Origin: Schmidtea polychroa | Lineage: Eukaryota | DNA length: 64,000 bases | NCBI GenBank assembly: GCA_044892525.1 | Contig: CM097885.1 | Coordinates: 46,254,001-46,318,000, forward strand | Direction of reading: 5' to 3' | In this document: positions 28,328 through 41,300 of the stretch, one piece after another | How positions within the stretch are numbered: the stretch's first letter is position 1 | Layout of the letters: every line of letters starts with the position of its first letter | Made by a program: the position numbers and the translations under genes | The notes under the pieces: generated by a model | Seen by the model: only the letters and a program-made list of their open reading frames with translations | Database searches by the model: none | What the model was told of the DNA's origin: nothing

Positions 28328-31300
28328 GGTGGGTCGAATGTTAATAAATTTTGAGTTCAAGAAATGAAACATGGTTAAACAGTTGTATTTTGGTATAGAA
28401 AAATCGAATCAAACCATTTTACTTAGATTTATGGACATTTACTGCTCCCAACTTTTCTCCGAAAATGCAGTGCAACATAAGTGTGAAAACAATGTAATTT
28501 GGCTAGTGTCGGAATGTGTTTTGCGCCTTTGTCCATATTTAGATGTAGCTTTCTTAAGAGCTTATAAGTATATTATTTACTCTCTTGGGCTGAGATAGTA
28601 TATTCTGTGTCCTCATCCCGCATTGAAATATATCCTGACAACGTCAGTGATTAGGAAGGGCCAAATTTGAATTATCCTTTTCAAAGACAAAAATCAACTT
28701 TCGAAATTATTTTTTATTAAAAACATCCAGCCAAAAGTTTAGAAATGTATTAGCGAGGGCATAAAAAGAAGTCACATGAAATCAGCTTTGCTTTGCACCT
28801 TGGGCAATTCCTTCCTTGATTTTTTACACAGTAGTACCATACCATGTCTGGACTTGTGACCAAACACTTTGCAACTGGCAGAAGAAACATCTTTGATGGC
28901 TCTTTCAACGGCTTGAGAATGACAGGGAAATTGTTCTAATGTAATTTTCTTATTCATCTTCAATTCATGATCCAATATATGAGATAAAAGAGGGGGAGGC
29001 GTCAAATTACATTTTGTCCAGTCAATCATGTCAACATATGATGTAGCAGACGACTGAAGAAAGACAGTATTCTTGTCCATAGTGCGAATCACTTCGAAAG
29101 GGAGAAAATTTTGTCTTGCAGTTATGATTTTTTCTGTTGCAAACTTTCTGATTTCTTCATCATCATCACCAACAGCAGCTAGGAGTATATTTTCTGGATG
29201 TGAGAAGTAATTGTTGTTCTGAATGACAGGAAAGATGATTTCTTGGTCTGATGGATCCAAATCCTGCAGAAGTTGGAGCATATAAAAAATATTTCTTGCA
29301 CCATCTTGGCATGACGAGTGAGTCTTTATATAAAACCATGACGGTCCATAGAAATTGACAATAAAATTCACTATTCGCATGAGAGGTTCGGATGGAGCAG
29401 TTTCAGACATATATAGTCGCAGAATTCTATTAGCTTTCGTTAGCCAGCGACTGTGATTCAAATTTCATGGTTGTGCCATTTGTAGAAAAGGGACATCCTT
29501 GTTGTTGTGGTACCCTTTCTGGACTGCCAAGCATACTCTGAGGAAATACAATTGATCAGTGTTCAATTCTTTCTTGACATTTTCACTAATATCTACGACC
29601 TTTCCAGGAAGGGACATAAAGGCTACTACGGGCTTGTCTTTTGGATCAAAATCAAGAACGCTTCCTATTTCACCACATGACGTTTTTGGACCTTTTGTTT
29701 CTCCACCATCGACGACTGAAAAATACTTCCTGAATGGCAATTCATTTGCATGCAACAAGCATATCAGCCATTGTAGAGGTCGCCCTAGGCTTTTTTCGAG
29801 TCTTCTGATTATTCCATTATTTTTTCCGGTGTTTGTATTGGTTCCATCGCACACAATTGCTTGAAGGGTCAGTGAGGACTGCGTGCTAACGATGATTGAC
29901 ATGATTTCTTTGCCAATATCCACAGCTTTACTACTTTGAGGTACAACATGATCGATATATGTATCCCCTGGAAAGGCGACAATCACATAATGCTCCTCTT
30001 TTAGGATCCTTCTATGAAGTAAGGTGGAATCTTGTTTCCCGTCGAAACCGAGGCAAATCAAGTTTTTCGCTTCTGCTGAATGCTGTTCAATTTCTCTCTC
30101 CCTCCAGTACTTTCTCTGACGCCGTAATTTTGCGGGATCGGTGATTGTTTGAGAGGATAACAGTTCCATATCTTTCAGAAAAGCGTTTACTAGCAAACAC
30201 GTGTCTCTGTTGCTCACACCACATCTGTCAACAGCTTTACTTAATTCAGGATAATGTCTTCTATTTTGAAATTCATCACATTCTTCTACGCTTGACTCTG
30301 AGATTTCTGTTGAATTGTCTAACTTATCTTTACTTTCATCACTAGCGGCTTCACTCTCCGTGTCACTTCTTGAGGTCGGATGTAGATCGTTAACTTCAGT
30401 GTCCATTATTTCATTTTTCATTTGTTTTCCTTTTCCTGTAGGGCTGCTTTTCGTTTGTTTTCTCTTCAATTTTGATGTTTCCTGTCTGTCCGTATTTCCG
30501 ATTTTCATGTTTCTGGTAGTTTGTTGGTCAATCCAGAACTCCCACTCTAAGGGAGGAATTTTCAAGGCCAATCGGCATGTACACTGACTTCTTCCACGAG
30601 CACCATCATTAAAACATTTGCAGCAACATATGTCAAACAATTTGGAAAACGAGCTTAACTTATCTTGAAATTTGGCAGATGACCTCTTGCATTCTGGATA
30701 CTTCTCTAATTCACGCACTTTTGATATTGGTCGCTTGACACGAACCACAATACTACTGAACTCAACAGTTGGGATACTTGCCTTCATATAAATTTCCTTC
30801 ACCTTATTTGCGAGAAGAGTTGCTTGTTCGTTAAAGCCAGTATGAAATTACGTACATTTCTCATTGTAACAGTAATCACGAAACACATCTTCACAAGTAG
30901 GTAATTGGTTTCTGGGTAGTTCACAAGTTTGACCAAACAGACAATGACGTGATTTACTTCTTGTTTTGCGAAATTGCTTATTTCTCTGTCCCTTCATAAC
31001 TGCTCTTCTGTACTCAGCTCTGGCAAAATAAAAGTGAATCATCAAGTTAACTTTTTTAATTAGGTCCAGCAAACACTTGACATCCAATCGAAACAAATTA
31101 AATTATCTGAGTTTAGACTGACTAGTAGTATCCATGTGGATTATGTGTTGACTGTAGTGTGTGTGTTAGTATTGTTCAGAAGAAATTGTCTTTGTGAGTG
31201 CTTGTGTGAAGGTGCTTCCGTGAATTAACCTCTCTATACATGCACGCGTTAGCTTGGACTTGTGAATAGAGCATGTCAAAAATGGTCTTTCTGCAAGCGT

Positions 31301-31495
31301 GTGACTGCTTGCAGGATGAATTTACAATGGCACGTGTGCGAGCATTTTTACTGGGATAGTACTAATACATACAAACAAAAGTTGGGACCTGTAAACCCTT
31401 TTAAACAGCAGTCTTTTGCAGGGATATTTCATTTTCTAGCATAAGCACAACTTTTTAAGCATGTTTGGAGAAAAAAAAATTTTCGACCCACCCTA
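28325..31495 (-). mobile_element. Full-length hAT transposon (hATm-like) in a TA microsatellite
   Basis: Perfect TIR TAGGGTGGGTCGAA / TTCGACCCACCCTA, with ATATATAT on both sides. Confidence 0.92.
28772..30997 (-). pseudogene. hATm-like transposase (~741 codons) with two in-frame stops (30848-30850, 29465-29467)
   Basis: Three ORFs share one frame. Motifs GFDGKQD, CDGTNTNTGKNNG, LQWLICLLHANELPFR, NHSRWLTKANRILRLY and FPCHSQAVER. Confidence 0.9.
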
Positions 31496-31502
31496 ATATA
31501 TA

Positions 31503-31547
<45 letters not shown>

Positions 31548-32097
31548 CTAGCTGGGAAAATATTTCAGTAACGTGTAAATAAGGAATTACATAAACTGCT
31601 TCAAATAACAATAATCTACATATAATCTTTAATGAAATTGGTAATAATTCAAAAAATCTATTTCAATTGATAACTTATTGAATAAAATTGAATAATATTT
31701 GTAATCAGTAATCAATTACAATTAATTTGATTAATACTAAAATTCAATATTTTTTATCGACAAATATTTAAAAATAAAATTAATAAATAAAAATTCTCAA
31801 TGATTTATCGGATTGATTGAATGCGTTTTCATTGACAAATCCATCACATTTTCCAATAAAATTTAAACGAGTAACGTAATATTCAACGATATAATTTCAT
31901 TTATTCATTTGGCATCAATAGTGCACATTGATAAAGTGTTTATTTGATATTGCAGTAATTTTATGTGATTTTGTTCAAAGTCAATTAATATTTTATGAGA
32001 ATTTGTAAATGGATATCGACAGTATCCATAAACAAACCAGTTACAAACAAAATTGAACTTTGTTACTGTGGTATTATTTGGAATATAAAATTTTCAG

Positions 32098-32339
32098 ATC
32101 GTTGGGCTGCACTTTATCCATTTATCGGCATTGTCATAGAGGTAATTCTTCTTGTAACAGCGATTCTTGCGTATGAAAAATATCAAATTCGTTCACAAAA
32201 TAAAAAGAATTACGGAGAAAATGTAGACGAAGACAATAATAAAGATCCTGATATGCTTTTGACAAATAGAACAGGATATGATGAGAATGTTCCAGCGGAA
32301 GTTGATAATCAACAATTGGAAGTTGAAGCGGAAAAGTAA
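32098..32339 (+). CDS. Basigin-like protein, exon 4 (transmembrane helix and acidic cytoplasmic tail)
   Basis: DRWAALYPFIGIVIEVILLVTAILAYEK matches the basigin/neuroplastin TM, including the intramembrane Glu. ttttcAG acceptor, phase 1. AATAAA at 32645. Confidence 0.93.
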
Positions 32340-32395
32340 ACAACTATTATTTAAATAGAAATCCATTAATAATCGGCATAATAATAATAATAAAG

Positions 32396-32453
32396 GGTGA
32401 ATAATGTCGAGTCATTGAAGCAACGAGAAGCAGCGACAACAAAAAATGTTTAA
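32396..32453 (+). CDS. Possible basigin-like exon 5 (KVNNVESLKQREAATTKNV*)
   Basis: A 60-nt GT...AG intron (32336-32395) removes the stop and keeps frame. LKQRE resembles the basigin C-terminal VRQRN. Confidence 0.5.
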
Positions 32454-33044
32454 TCCAATTGTTTATCTTCATTAATGAAACTATATCCGTTTCTGGAATA
32501 TATTCTATCTGGATTGGGAGCATAATTTCTAGTTGTCATCTGTTAGAATGGTCCTTTTGCAGATTATATTTATATATATATATATATTCTTTTCAGTTCA
32601 TTGAAATGTTTTGTAATTGCACACTGCATTTGTTTGTAATTTCCAATAAAGTTTTGTTAATCTTTTCACTTTAAAATATCAACATAGTCACAAGTATAAC
32701 AGGACACAAAAATGACGGAAGAAAACCACAAATGACGATAAGGATTGATAAGGAAATTTACCGGTAAATTATTGTTTTCTAAAAGATAAAATAAAGTTGA
32801 CAAAAAACAAGTTAAAATTTTTATTTCAAAAATATGAAAAATATAAAGATTATTGTATTATTATAAATCTAAACAAACTATAATAATATTTTAGAAATTA
32901 ATAAAGTAAAAAAAATAATAATGACACAGAAATAGCTTTATTAACTAATAGTTTTCTATTTATTAACATTTTTTAAAAATAGCTCCACGGAAAATTTAAA
33001 TTATTTAAAGTGCTATCCTCTAATTTTGTTCTTATTTTTGTACA

Positions 33045-33375
33045 AAATAACCCTTTCTGAATCACCACTTGTTGGATGAATTGTCATCAAATAATCATAT
33101 ACCATTTGAATATAGTTTCCTCGTATTTTGTCTTGATGGAAGTAATCCGATTATTTTTTCACAATATATTGCCAATATTTTTTGTTGTGGAACTGATCTT
33201 TCCAGGCATTCTGTTTTTTTTGTTTTATTAGATCGTATAATTTCTGCTTCATAGGCATTTCTACATTAACTGTAGAAGTGTCAATATTTTTATTATCTGA
33301 CTAAACTTTCAATTGGTTGCACTTTTTAGATAATTTGGCGGGCTATTTTAAGGAACTTAGCGATATTCTATTCAT
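33045..33375 (-). pseudogene. hAT transposase C-terminal (dimerization domain) remnant
   Basis: RGNYIQMVYDYLMTIHPTSGDSER, similar to LLNIRPTSTQNER in the element at 59347. Confidence 0.6.
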
Positions 33376-33448
33376 TTAGTCACGTCGGCAACAGATGAGA
33401 GTAATAAATAAAAGTATTTATCTTCTTTTCAAGTAGCCACAAGCTAAG

Positions 33449-34935
33449 ATGTCAAATGAAGTGAACGTTTTTTCCCTTCCTTCCGTATTTAAACATGTAA
33501 TAAAATACCAGAATCCAATTGGAAATTTAAAATATTTGCTCTAACTTTGTCCATTTAGACCTTTAAGGTATTTAAAAATACGATATTTCAGACATAAAAT
33601 TTTCTAGCAAGGATTTTTAATTTTTTTTGTTTTTTGCCGGTTTACTTGTATACAATCCCTAGTTGACGAACACTAAATGTTCAATGGACGTTTAAATTGT
33701 TTCTATGGTTCTTATTGTGACGCAATATATAGAAATTCATGATGCTAAATGAACAAATCTACTGTTATATGCAACTGGTCACAGTCTTACCAAGATCACC
33801 GAATTGGCTTTAGTATTAATTTATTTCATATGTAACATAAATCAGGTGTTATTTAATTTTCATATTCATATATTGATTTATAAGAACTGCTTTGACACAA
33901 ACAGAATACAGGAAACTCAGGAACTTGAAAAAATTCGTTATGGTAATTGACAAACCCCTAATATGATTACATTTGCCTTTTCAATAAAATAACTGCCTTC
34001 CTCTGGAATACAAACTTGTTTAAATACACCTAACTAACATCAATTACAAATTTCGTAAATCTCCAATATGAAATAATTTTGTAGTGACTTTCTTTGTAAC
34101 TCAATTTCCAGGTGCTTTTTTCTAAACTAACTTGCTTAAAACGTGACATCATATTAGGATACGTACTCAACTCACTGATTATATTAAAAACTAAAAAACC
34201 GTATGAAATTTCTCAAATTCTTTTTGATAACCTTATTGATCTTGGAGACAGTCGAAAACCGAAAAGTCAAGATTAAAATCATAAAGTCCTATAAAGCAGC
34301 TATCGGGGATTTATTTCTATCTAAAGCCAACCATCATATCCCCGTTGAATCATAGGTCACTTCCAAACTGGTGTTTTGACAGATTTTGGGCTACTCGAAT
34401 ACCTCTGCCTTTTCAATTTCGCAATTCCTCACGCTTTCATAACGCCACATTGATGTCGTATATGTTAAAAACACTATTTTTACATCTCCCAAATGCTAAA
34501 CCCATAAATACGAACTTCGATTATCATGGCTTAACAAACTTTATCTTCAATGGATTTATATATGCCTCTTGAGTAGCGTATATAAACAATCAGAAACTTT
34601 ATAGGACCAGAAACTGTAACTGCACTACGGAGTTTATCTCGGAACGGTCAACTTCTGTAAAAATTTTATTTGTAACCTCTCGTCTTTATTTGACTTTTTA
34701 ACTTCTTTATTTTGTAGATCAAAATGTTCAAAAATCATTTAAGACGAAAATGCTAAAAATGCATTTCAATAAGTCAAAGCGGACTTTCAAGACATTGGTA
34801 ACTTATCATAAACTTTTACTACTTACTGTCTTTGTTTTGGGAAGAGATATTTTACGAAGGTTCGATTTCGTTAGATTTGTTTCACAGTTGAGATTGTCAT
34901 CATTATTGCTTCTTGAAATGCTTGATTTTGAATAG
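33449..34935 (+). pseudogene. Possible decayed Polinton/Maverick major capsid protein gene
   Basis: Colinear fragments over about 1.45 kb: MSNEVNVFSLPSVFKHVIKYQ, MITFAFSIK*L...HQLQI, FQVLFSKLTCLKRDIIL, YPR*IIGHFQTG, NSSRFHNATL...LPNAKPINTNFD and PLVFI. Confidence 0.45.
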
Positions 34936-35044
34936 AGCAAACACAATTCATTTTTTCGGTACCTTATAACTTTAAATTCGTGGTTGACTTTAGATTGTTA
35001 TCCTTATAAACTTTTATATTCAAATTTCTATCAAATTGAGGTAA

Positions 35045-35645
35045 CTAATTGCTAGATTCTTCCAGTAACTGATCTTCTGTGACAAATGAACCACATCTCA
35101 ATTTATAAATGAAATCTAAACAGCTCTTTATTCCATCGGCAGAAACTATTTCTTCACTAAGATTTATCTCGTTGACATTTGAGTTAAAATCAAGAATTCC
35201 TTCATTTATTTTCATTGAAAAATCACCAATTGATTCAGGTCTCAACAAATTCAGATTATATTAGATTTGACATAATTAAAATAATTTAAAAATGGTCCAC
35301 AAAGATGCTGAACATGAGAGGGGCCTTTCGCTATCCAATATGATACGTCATTTTGTGATAAATCTGACCACAAGCCAATGTCTGTTTCAGTAGATAAATT
35401 TCCTTATGTCTAGTTTTTATCTTCGTGTTCAGTAAGTGGCTCTTGAATTAGTTCCGTATTTTCATTTTGAGTTTGTGCAATGGCTGTTTCCTCACATACA
35501 GCTGGGTGTACCGCTTCAGTGAGATTTTCTTCCAGTTGATGTTGAGTAGTACTAAATGATGCATGCATGTAAGCAATGATTGGTGTGATGCTTTTTACCT
35601 CATGCTCTTGAAGTCGCTTTCTCTTGCGCTTTTTAATTAGTATCT
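35045..35645 (-). pseudogene. Internally deleted ZMYM1/TTF-type hAT transposase remnant
   Basis: KKRKRKRLQEHEVKSITPI...DIGLWSDLSQNDVSYWIAKGPSHVQH..GPF, then a C-terminal-like CLDFIYKL. Confidence 0.55.
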
Positions 35646-36079
35646 AAAATTAAATAAGAAAATATATACAAAGCCACATAATATATATTTTAAAATATAC
35701 AGACTAAAAAATATATAAATAAACCATTAATAATTATAATAATAAGAAATAGAGTATAAATAGTAAATAAAAATTACTATACTTAGAAAATAGTATTTAA
35801 ACAAAAATAGGTAGTAAAAATAGTAAATAAATAATTACTATAAATAGAATTAGTATCTTTAAATTAATATAAATAGAGATATATAGTTGAACAAAAGGAC
35901 AAAAAATAGATAGACAAAAAAATAATTAGCGCAAGAAAAACCAACACTAAGTGAGTTAAAGTGTTCGAATGCTCAATAGTCAATAGTGTATAATTTTTAA
36001 CATAAAATTTAATTATTAATTTCAAACATCTCAAAAGTAGGCCCCCTTGATTTGTATGCCCTAGGCTTAAGCTTAAATC

Positions 36080-36608
36080 TGTCTCCAGTACCACAAATAA
36101 AACAAATATATAAAGGGAAATTGGTGGACACAAATTGAGACAAATTCGGGTGACAAAATTAGACAACGTCGAAGGAAACGTTATTGGAGAAACGATTTGT
36201 GAAAAATAATTGTAATGAAAATAATTGTGAAGAATAATTATTGAAGAAGATTTGAAGAAAAGAATTAGTTGGAAATTAAACGAAAAGAAGTTACTTGATT
36301 ATTTGAATAAATTGGCGAAGAAGGTCAAAGAAAACAACCAGCTAAAAGTCCCAGTTGATAAACCAATCAGTAATTAGTGATCTTTTAATCCGATGTTATA
36401 TGAAAGTTCTATTCCTCACTGAGTGTTGTAATAAGCATTGTATAGTCACCAAACAAAGTGTTGAATTGATTGTCAATGTAAAGTGAAAGTTTAGTTGTGA
36501 TTATCAATAAAGATTTCTGTTGTCAAGTGTTATTTGTGGATCAGTCAAAGACACTCTTATAGTCAGAGTAAAACATTTAACTTTATCACCAACCCAATAA
36601 CCCAAAAA
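36080..36608 (+). mobile_element. Degenerate LTR related to the solo LTR at 6728-7793
   Basis: Its 3' part (TGTAAAGTG, AATAAA, CTGTTGT, AAAGACACT...AGTCAGAG, AACCCAA) is colinear with the reverse complement of 6728-6850. Purine-rich 5' part and CCAAT. Left boundary uncertain. Confidence 0.5.
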
Positions 36609-37309
36609 TGTTAACCAATTTTATTTTAATTTTTATTATTTTTAGCGATTTAATTTTTTTAATTTTATAATTTACATAATTTCAACTAATTTAATTTTTA
36701 TTATTTTATCAGTTCTACTGGAATTTTTTTAATTTCAATTTTTAAATGTATTTATTTCTTTATTTTACTTCATTTAATTTTTAAATAATATTTTTCTGTT
36801 CTTTTTCTTAACGTACGCACTTATTGTCATAGCTCCTTTGTATGTTAATGCGAGCCATAACATCCCTATTTAATTCGATTATGGTCATTCCTTTGTAAAT
36901 ATGACCAAAAATCCTTCTTAAAACTTTTTTTCATATTAATAATTAATTTATTATCAATTATCTTATTTATTATTATTTTATTTTCTAGTTGGCAGATTTT
37001 TCGAATGCGATATTTCTCTTAACTATGCTGGTGATTGGAACTTCTGGCGTTCCTCTATTTTATTATACGTGTTTTACTTATTCTCAATCTGTTTGGTACT
37101 TTATTTTGTATTATATGGTGTATGATCATAAATTTTAATTCAACTTGGTGCGGTTTTTATGCTATGTATTTCCGATTCTTTAAAACAAGCTCTCACTTTT
37201 GGGTCCTAGCCAAAAAGATATGAAGACACTAAGACTAAACCTGCCTGAGGAAAATGATATGAAACTTTTCAAGACATCCCTAATTCTTCGCAATGAAATT
37301 TTTGTGATT

Positions 37310-37575
37310 TGACGTAAGGCATTTTAAATCTCATTTATTATATGCACTTAAAAGGCTATGGAATGACAATGATTTTGGACGACTTCCTTCCATCCTCAGA
37401 CTAACGGCTTAGTAGAAAGAAAGTAATTCCGAAACCCTAGGACTACAAAAACTCCCCGACACCTTTAAATTTGGCTTTTGCGAGATTCTCCAACATCACT
37501 GCAAGCTCGTTATTTTGGACCTTTCACATTAGCAAAGATATATCCTGAAAAAAATATTATAAAAGTTGATAACCG
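37310..37575 (+). pseudogene. Ty3/Gypsy integrase fragments
   Basis: TTSFHPQTNGLVER (catalytic E motif) and LQARYFGPF (GPY/F motif). Confidence 0.8.
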
Positions 37576-38105
37576 TTACAAAGCTGTCACAAAATCTTTG
37601 CAAAGTCAAACTCTTTTATGTAAATGACTGATCTGAAGCTTAGCAATGAAGATCATCATTTTCGTAGATTCATTCTGGTTTTTTAAGAGGACCTGTATAA
37701 GGTGAATGCATTTTTTAAAAAATACATTTAATTAAAAATTTCTTTTTTAAAAGTTTTCTGCACAAGTCTTAAAAGTAACAGCATGACGCTGATAAGTATA
37801 GACCATATTTTTGTTAAAATCAGTAAATTGTCTCAATTTAAAATTTAAATATAATTGAAAACACAAAATATGGAATTATTGTAATTAATTTTATGAAAAT
37901 ATTTAAAATAATCTTTCAAAAATAGAATAAAATTACTATTATTTATTTGTATCAATTTGAAATAATAATTTAAACTTTTCAAGTTTAATTGTTTAAGTAA
38001 AATAAATTAATCAAATTTCATTTGTTGAAGATTTAAACTTCAACATGTCTATTCGCTAATGCATTTTTTCTTAGTTTAAGTAATTTTTTAAGAATATTTT
38101 TAGAA

Positions 38106-38127
38106 ATGTCATTACTTTGTGTTTGCG
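38106..38127 (+). CDS. unc-13: Unc-13/Munc13, coding exon 1 (MSLLCVC)
   Basis: Matches the Munc13 N-terminus MSLLCV. GTAAGT donor, phase 1. Confidence 0.9.
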
Positions 38128-38213
38128 GTAAGTATATATTTTTAGACATAATTTAATCTAAAAACAATAACATTTGAAATTATGGTGGATTTTTAAATTG
38201 ATTAAATATACAG

Positions 38214-38340
38214 TGAAGCAAGCAAGACTCATTGGAAATGAAACATATAATACTTATGTTTGTCTTAAATTACAAAATGTCAAATCGACTACAGTTGCTG
38301 TCAAGGGTTTAAATCCATCATGGGAACAAGATTTCATGTT
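38214..38340 (+). CDS. unc-13: Unc-13, coding exon 2 (C2A)
   Basis: [43 protein letters not shown]. cAG acceptor, GTAAGT donor. Confidence 0.97.
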
Positions 38341-41300
38341 GTAAGTATTGAATCATATTGATTATTTTAAATGACACTTTGAACGAATTTTAATAGTTTT
38401 AATTTTAAAATTAACAACTTTTTGAATCGATCTAAGTCTTCTAAAATAAAATTTACTTTTATTTTAAAATTTCCTTTAAATATGACTAAATTTTAAATTT
38501 ACAACTTTCGTCATTATTTTTTGTATTATATTTTTTTACAAATTTTATTAAAGGTTTTATTAATTATGGGGTTTGTATTGGCAAACTGCCATTTTGTCTG
38601 AGACGCCGTTTTTCAGAAACAACTCATAGCGACTATTATACTTTTGGAAATGGGATAGAATTGTTATTATTTTATCATTGCACACCTACACGTGAATTAT
38701 GATTGGTTAATTGGTAGATTACATCATCAAATCACTCAAAAAGAAGAGAAAACACATCTCTACATTTACGTAATTTATTAGAGCTCAAACTTTCCATTAT
38801 ACAAATATTGATTTTTATATTCAAGTGTACTTTTAATGGAATTGCACAAAATTTTCATAATTTAATTCTCAATTTGCTTTATTGATAAACAAACTTTTGT
38901 TGATTTTCTGCAGTTTTAAATTAGTTATTTTTAAGGCGTACTTTGTATGCCGATGTGTTTCATTAATTAAAATGAAAGAAAATTTGCAATGTAATTATTA
39001 TTTTTGATAACCAAATGAATTTGAATAAAATTATAATTATTTTACATTGATGAAAATTTTTATTTCTGACCTATTTCTATGATTTTAACGATTTATTAAA
39101 TATAATTCTCGAATTTCTCGAAATAATTTATTAAATGATTCAATAAATATTTCAACTATATCCACGGATTGAGGATTTGTCAATTATAATCCAACAGTGG
39201 TTTTTGAATATTTAAATTACATTTTTAAAATATTTTTTATGACTTCACTTATATTTAAAAAAATAATTGAAAATGGAATCTTAAACCATTTCACTTTGAC
39301 TTTTGAAACATTAGGTGGTATAAAAAAATATAAAAGTAGTTTTAGACCTTTATTTTGATAAATATGTTACTGTGACATATATATGTCCCATCATATGTAT
39401 ATGGAAACTTTAGCCGTAAGCATGTGACATATATATGACCTAACCATAAAGTAATATTAAATTATTGTCTAAATATTATTGTTCCTAAATTATTGTTATA
39501 AAATCATTAATATACAATAAAAAGTGTACTAAGATGTACTATCTAATCTAGTAATTCATTTCTAAAAAGTTAGTTCCGTAATATTGTAATATAAGTATCT
39601 GTACAATACCGACTGAAGAAGCAAACTGATCAATGTTTGTATAATAATATCTGATCATTATAGAGATAAAATAAAATATAAATCATTTAAAAAAATAAAT
39701 ATTTCAAAGAAAAATTTATTAAAAATAATATAATTCTTTAAGTTCAACTAATAATAATACTAGTTATGAATATCATATTAATAAATTATTAAGAACTGTT
39801 TATAAAAATAAAAAAAAAATAATACATATCTTCATCAATTAATTTTCCTATCGAGACCAATTCAGTAATCTAAGTTTCAGTGCTCTTTACAACTGAGTTC
39901 TAATTTATTTTTCACTTATTAAATTTTCTAATATTTATAGAATGTTTTAAAAATATTTAATATTAAAATTGATTGACTTCTAAAAGACAAGAAAATTACC
40001 GAGTTTTTTATATTCATATTTATTAACTCATTAATCTACTAGTTCATTTATTGTAAAAGCTACCTTTTTTCAAACTAAAATTATTTATTAGTAAAATCAT
40101 TTAATTTCGTGACTATTTCCATTTTTAGTTTATTTTTCGTTTCAGAATATAGATGAATTTTTTAGTTTTAATTTATCCCTTATAGATATAAACGTGTAAA
40201 ATTCTTGAAAATGACTTCTTAAAATTCATGTTAAATAAAAAATATTTGATCTCTGGTCTAAAATGAAGAATATTGTAAAAAAATTATTGAAAATGAAAGC
40301 AATTTTCTTAAATCTTTAACATTAAATATCGGATTAACAAATTAGCAATAATAATTAGCAATTTTAGGTAAATAAAAACAAGTTTTCAAATTCAGTAAAT
40401 TTATTGAACTACCTAATTATCACTAATTATCACTACCTAATTATTTTCTATGAATTTTTGCTAGCCTATACACATCATAATATCAACTTTACAGGATTTT
40501 CCTCATTTTTATCTCGGTGAAAATAAAAATAAGATGTTTACATGAAAATAAATCTAGCTGTTAGTTTTGTTTTAACGAACATCGACATTTTTAAAATTTT
40601 TGATTTAAAAAAGTTGATTTTTCTTTGTACCACTCAATGAAGACAGTGCTGCAAATGTACGTTAAATAATAAAATTAATTTTTGATACATAATCATAATG
40701 ACAGTAAATAAAATATTAAAAGAAAACACCACTGGTAAAAAAATAAAGGAATTTACTGATTCAAATAGTATATTTTATTTAATTAAATTTTACTTAAATT
40801 ATTAAATTTTATTGAACTGAAAAACATTTATCCAACGGACGTAATAGTAAAAAACACTTGTCATACGCGTAAAGACTAGTTTACATACAATAGAATTTAT
40901 ATGCTCATAGCAAATGATACTTTCAATAAATATATTCTGAATAAAAACTGAACTTTCAAATGTAATATAAAATATTATTTACATACTAGTCAAGGGGTAT
41001 ATGAGAAACAGTATTGGGCTAGTTAACTAACATTTTGTTGCGGTAACAATTTTGGAATGCACCTGTATCAAAATAGTCACCATTCTAAAATTTTAATGAG
41101 ACCTATAATATCACAAAATACTGAAATAAAGTATAAAGTATCAATATAGATAACTGAAGCAGGCAAGGTGATGAACAGACAACAAAATCAGAATTTCCTT
41201 AGATATTTGGATGTGTGTTTTAAGAAAGTAGCAGCCTTGAGCAATCTTTCCAGATAAAGTTCTAAAAGAGGAATAATTGTTAAAAATCTTGAAATGAAGC

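Noticed and set aside
39371..39440. Repeated GTGACATATATATG palindromic motif, piggyBac-like subterminal repeat
   Set aside because: No TIR pair or TTAA boundaries identified.
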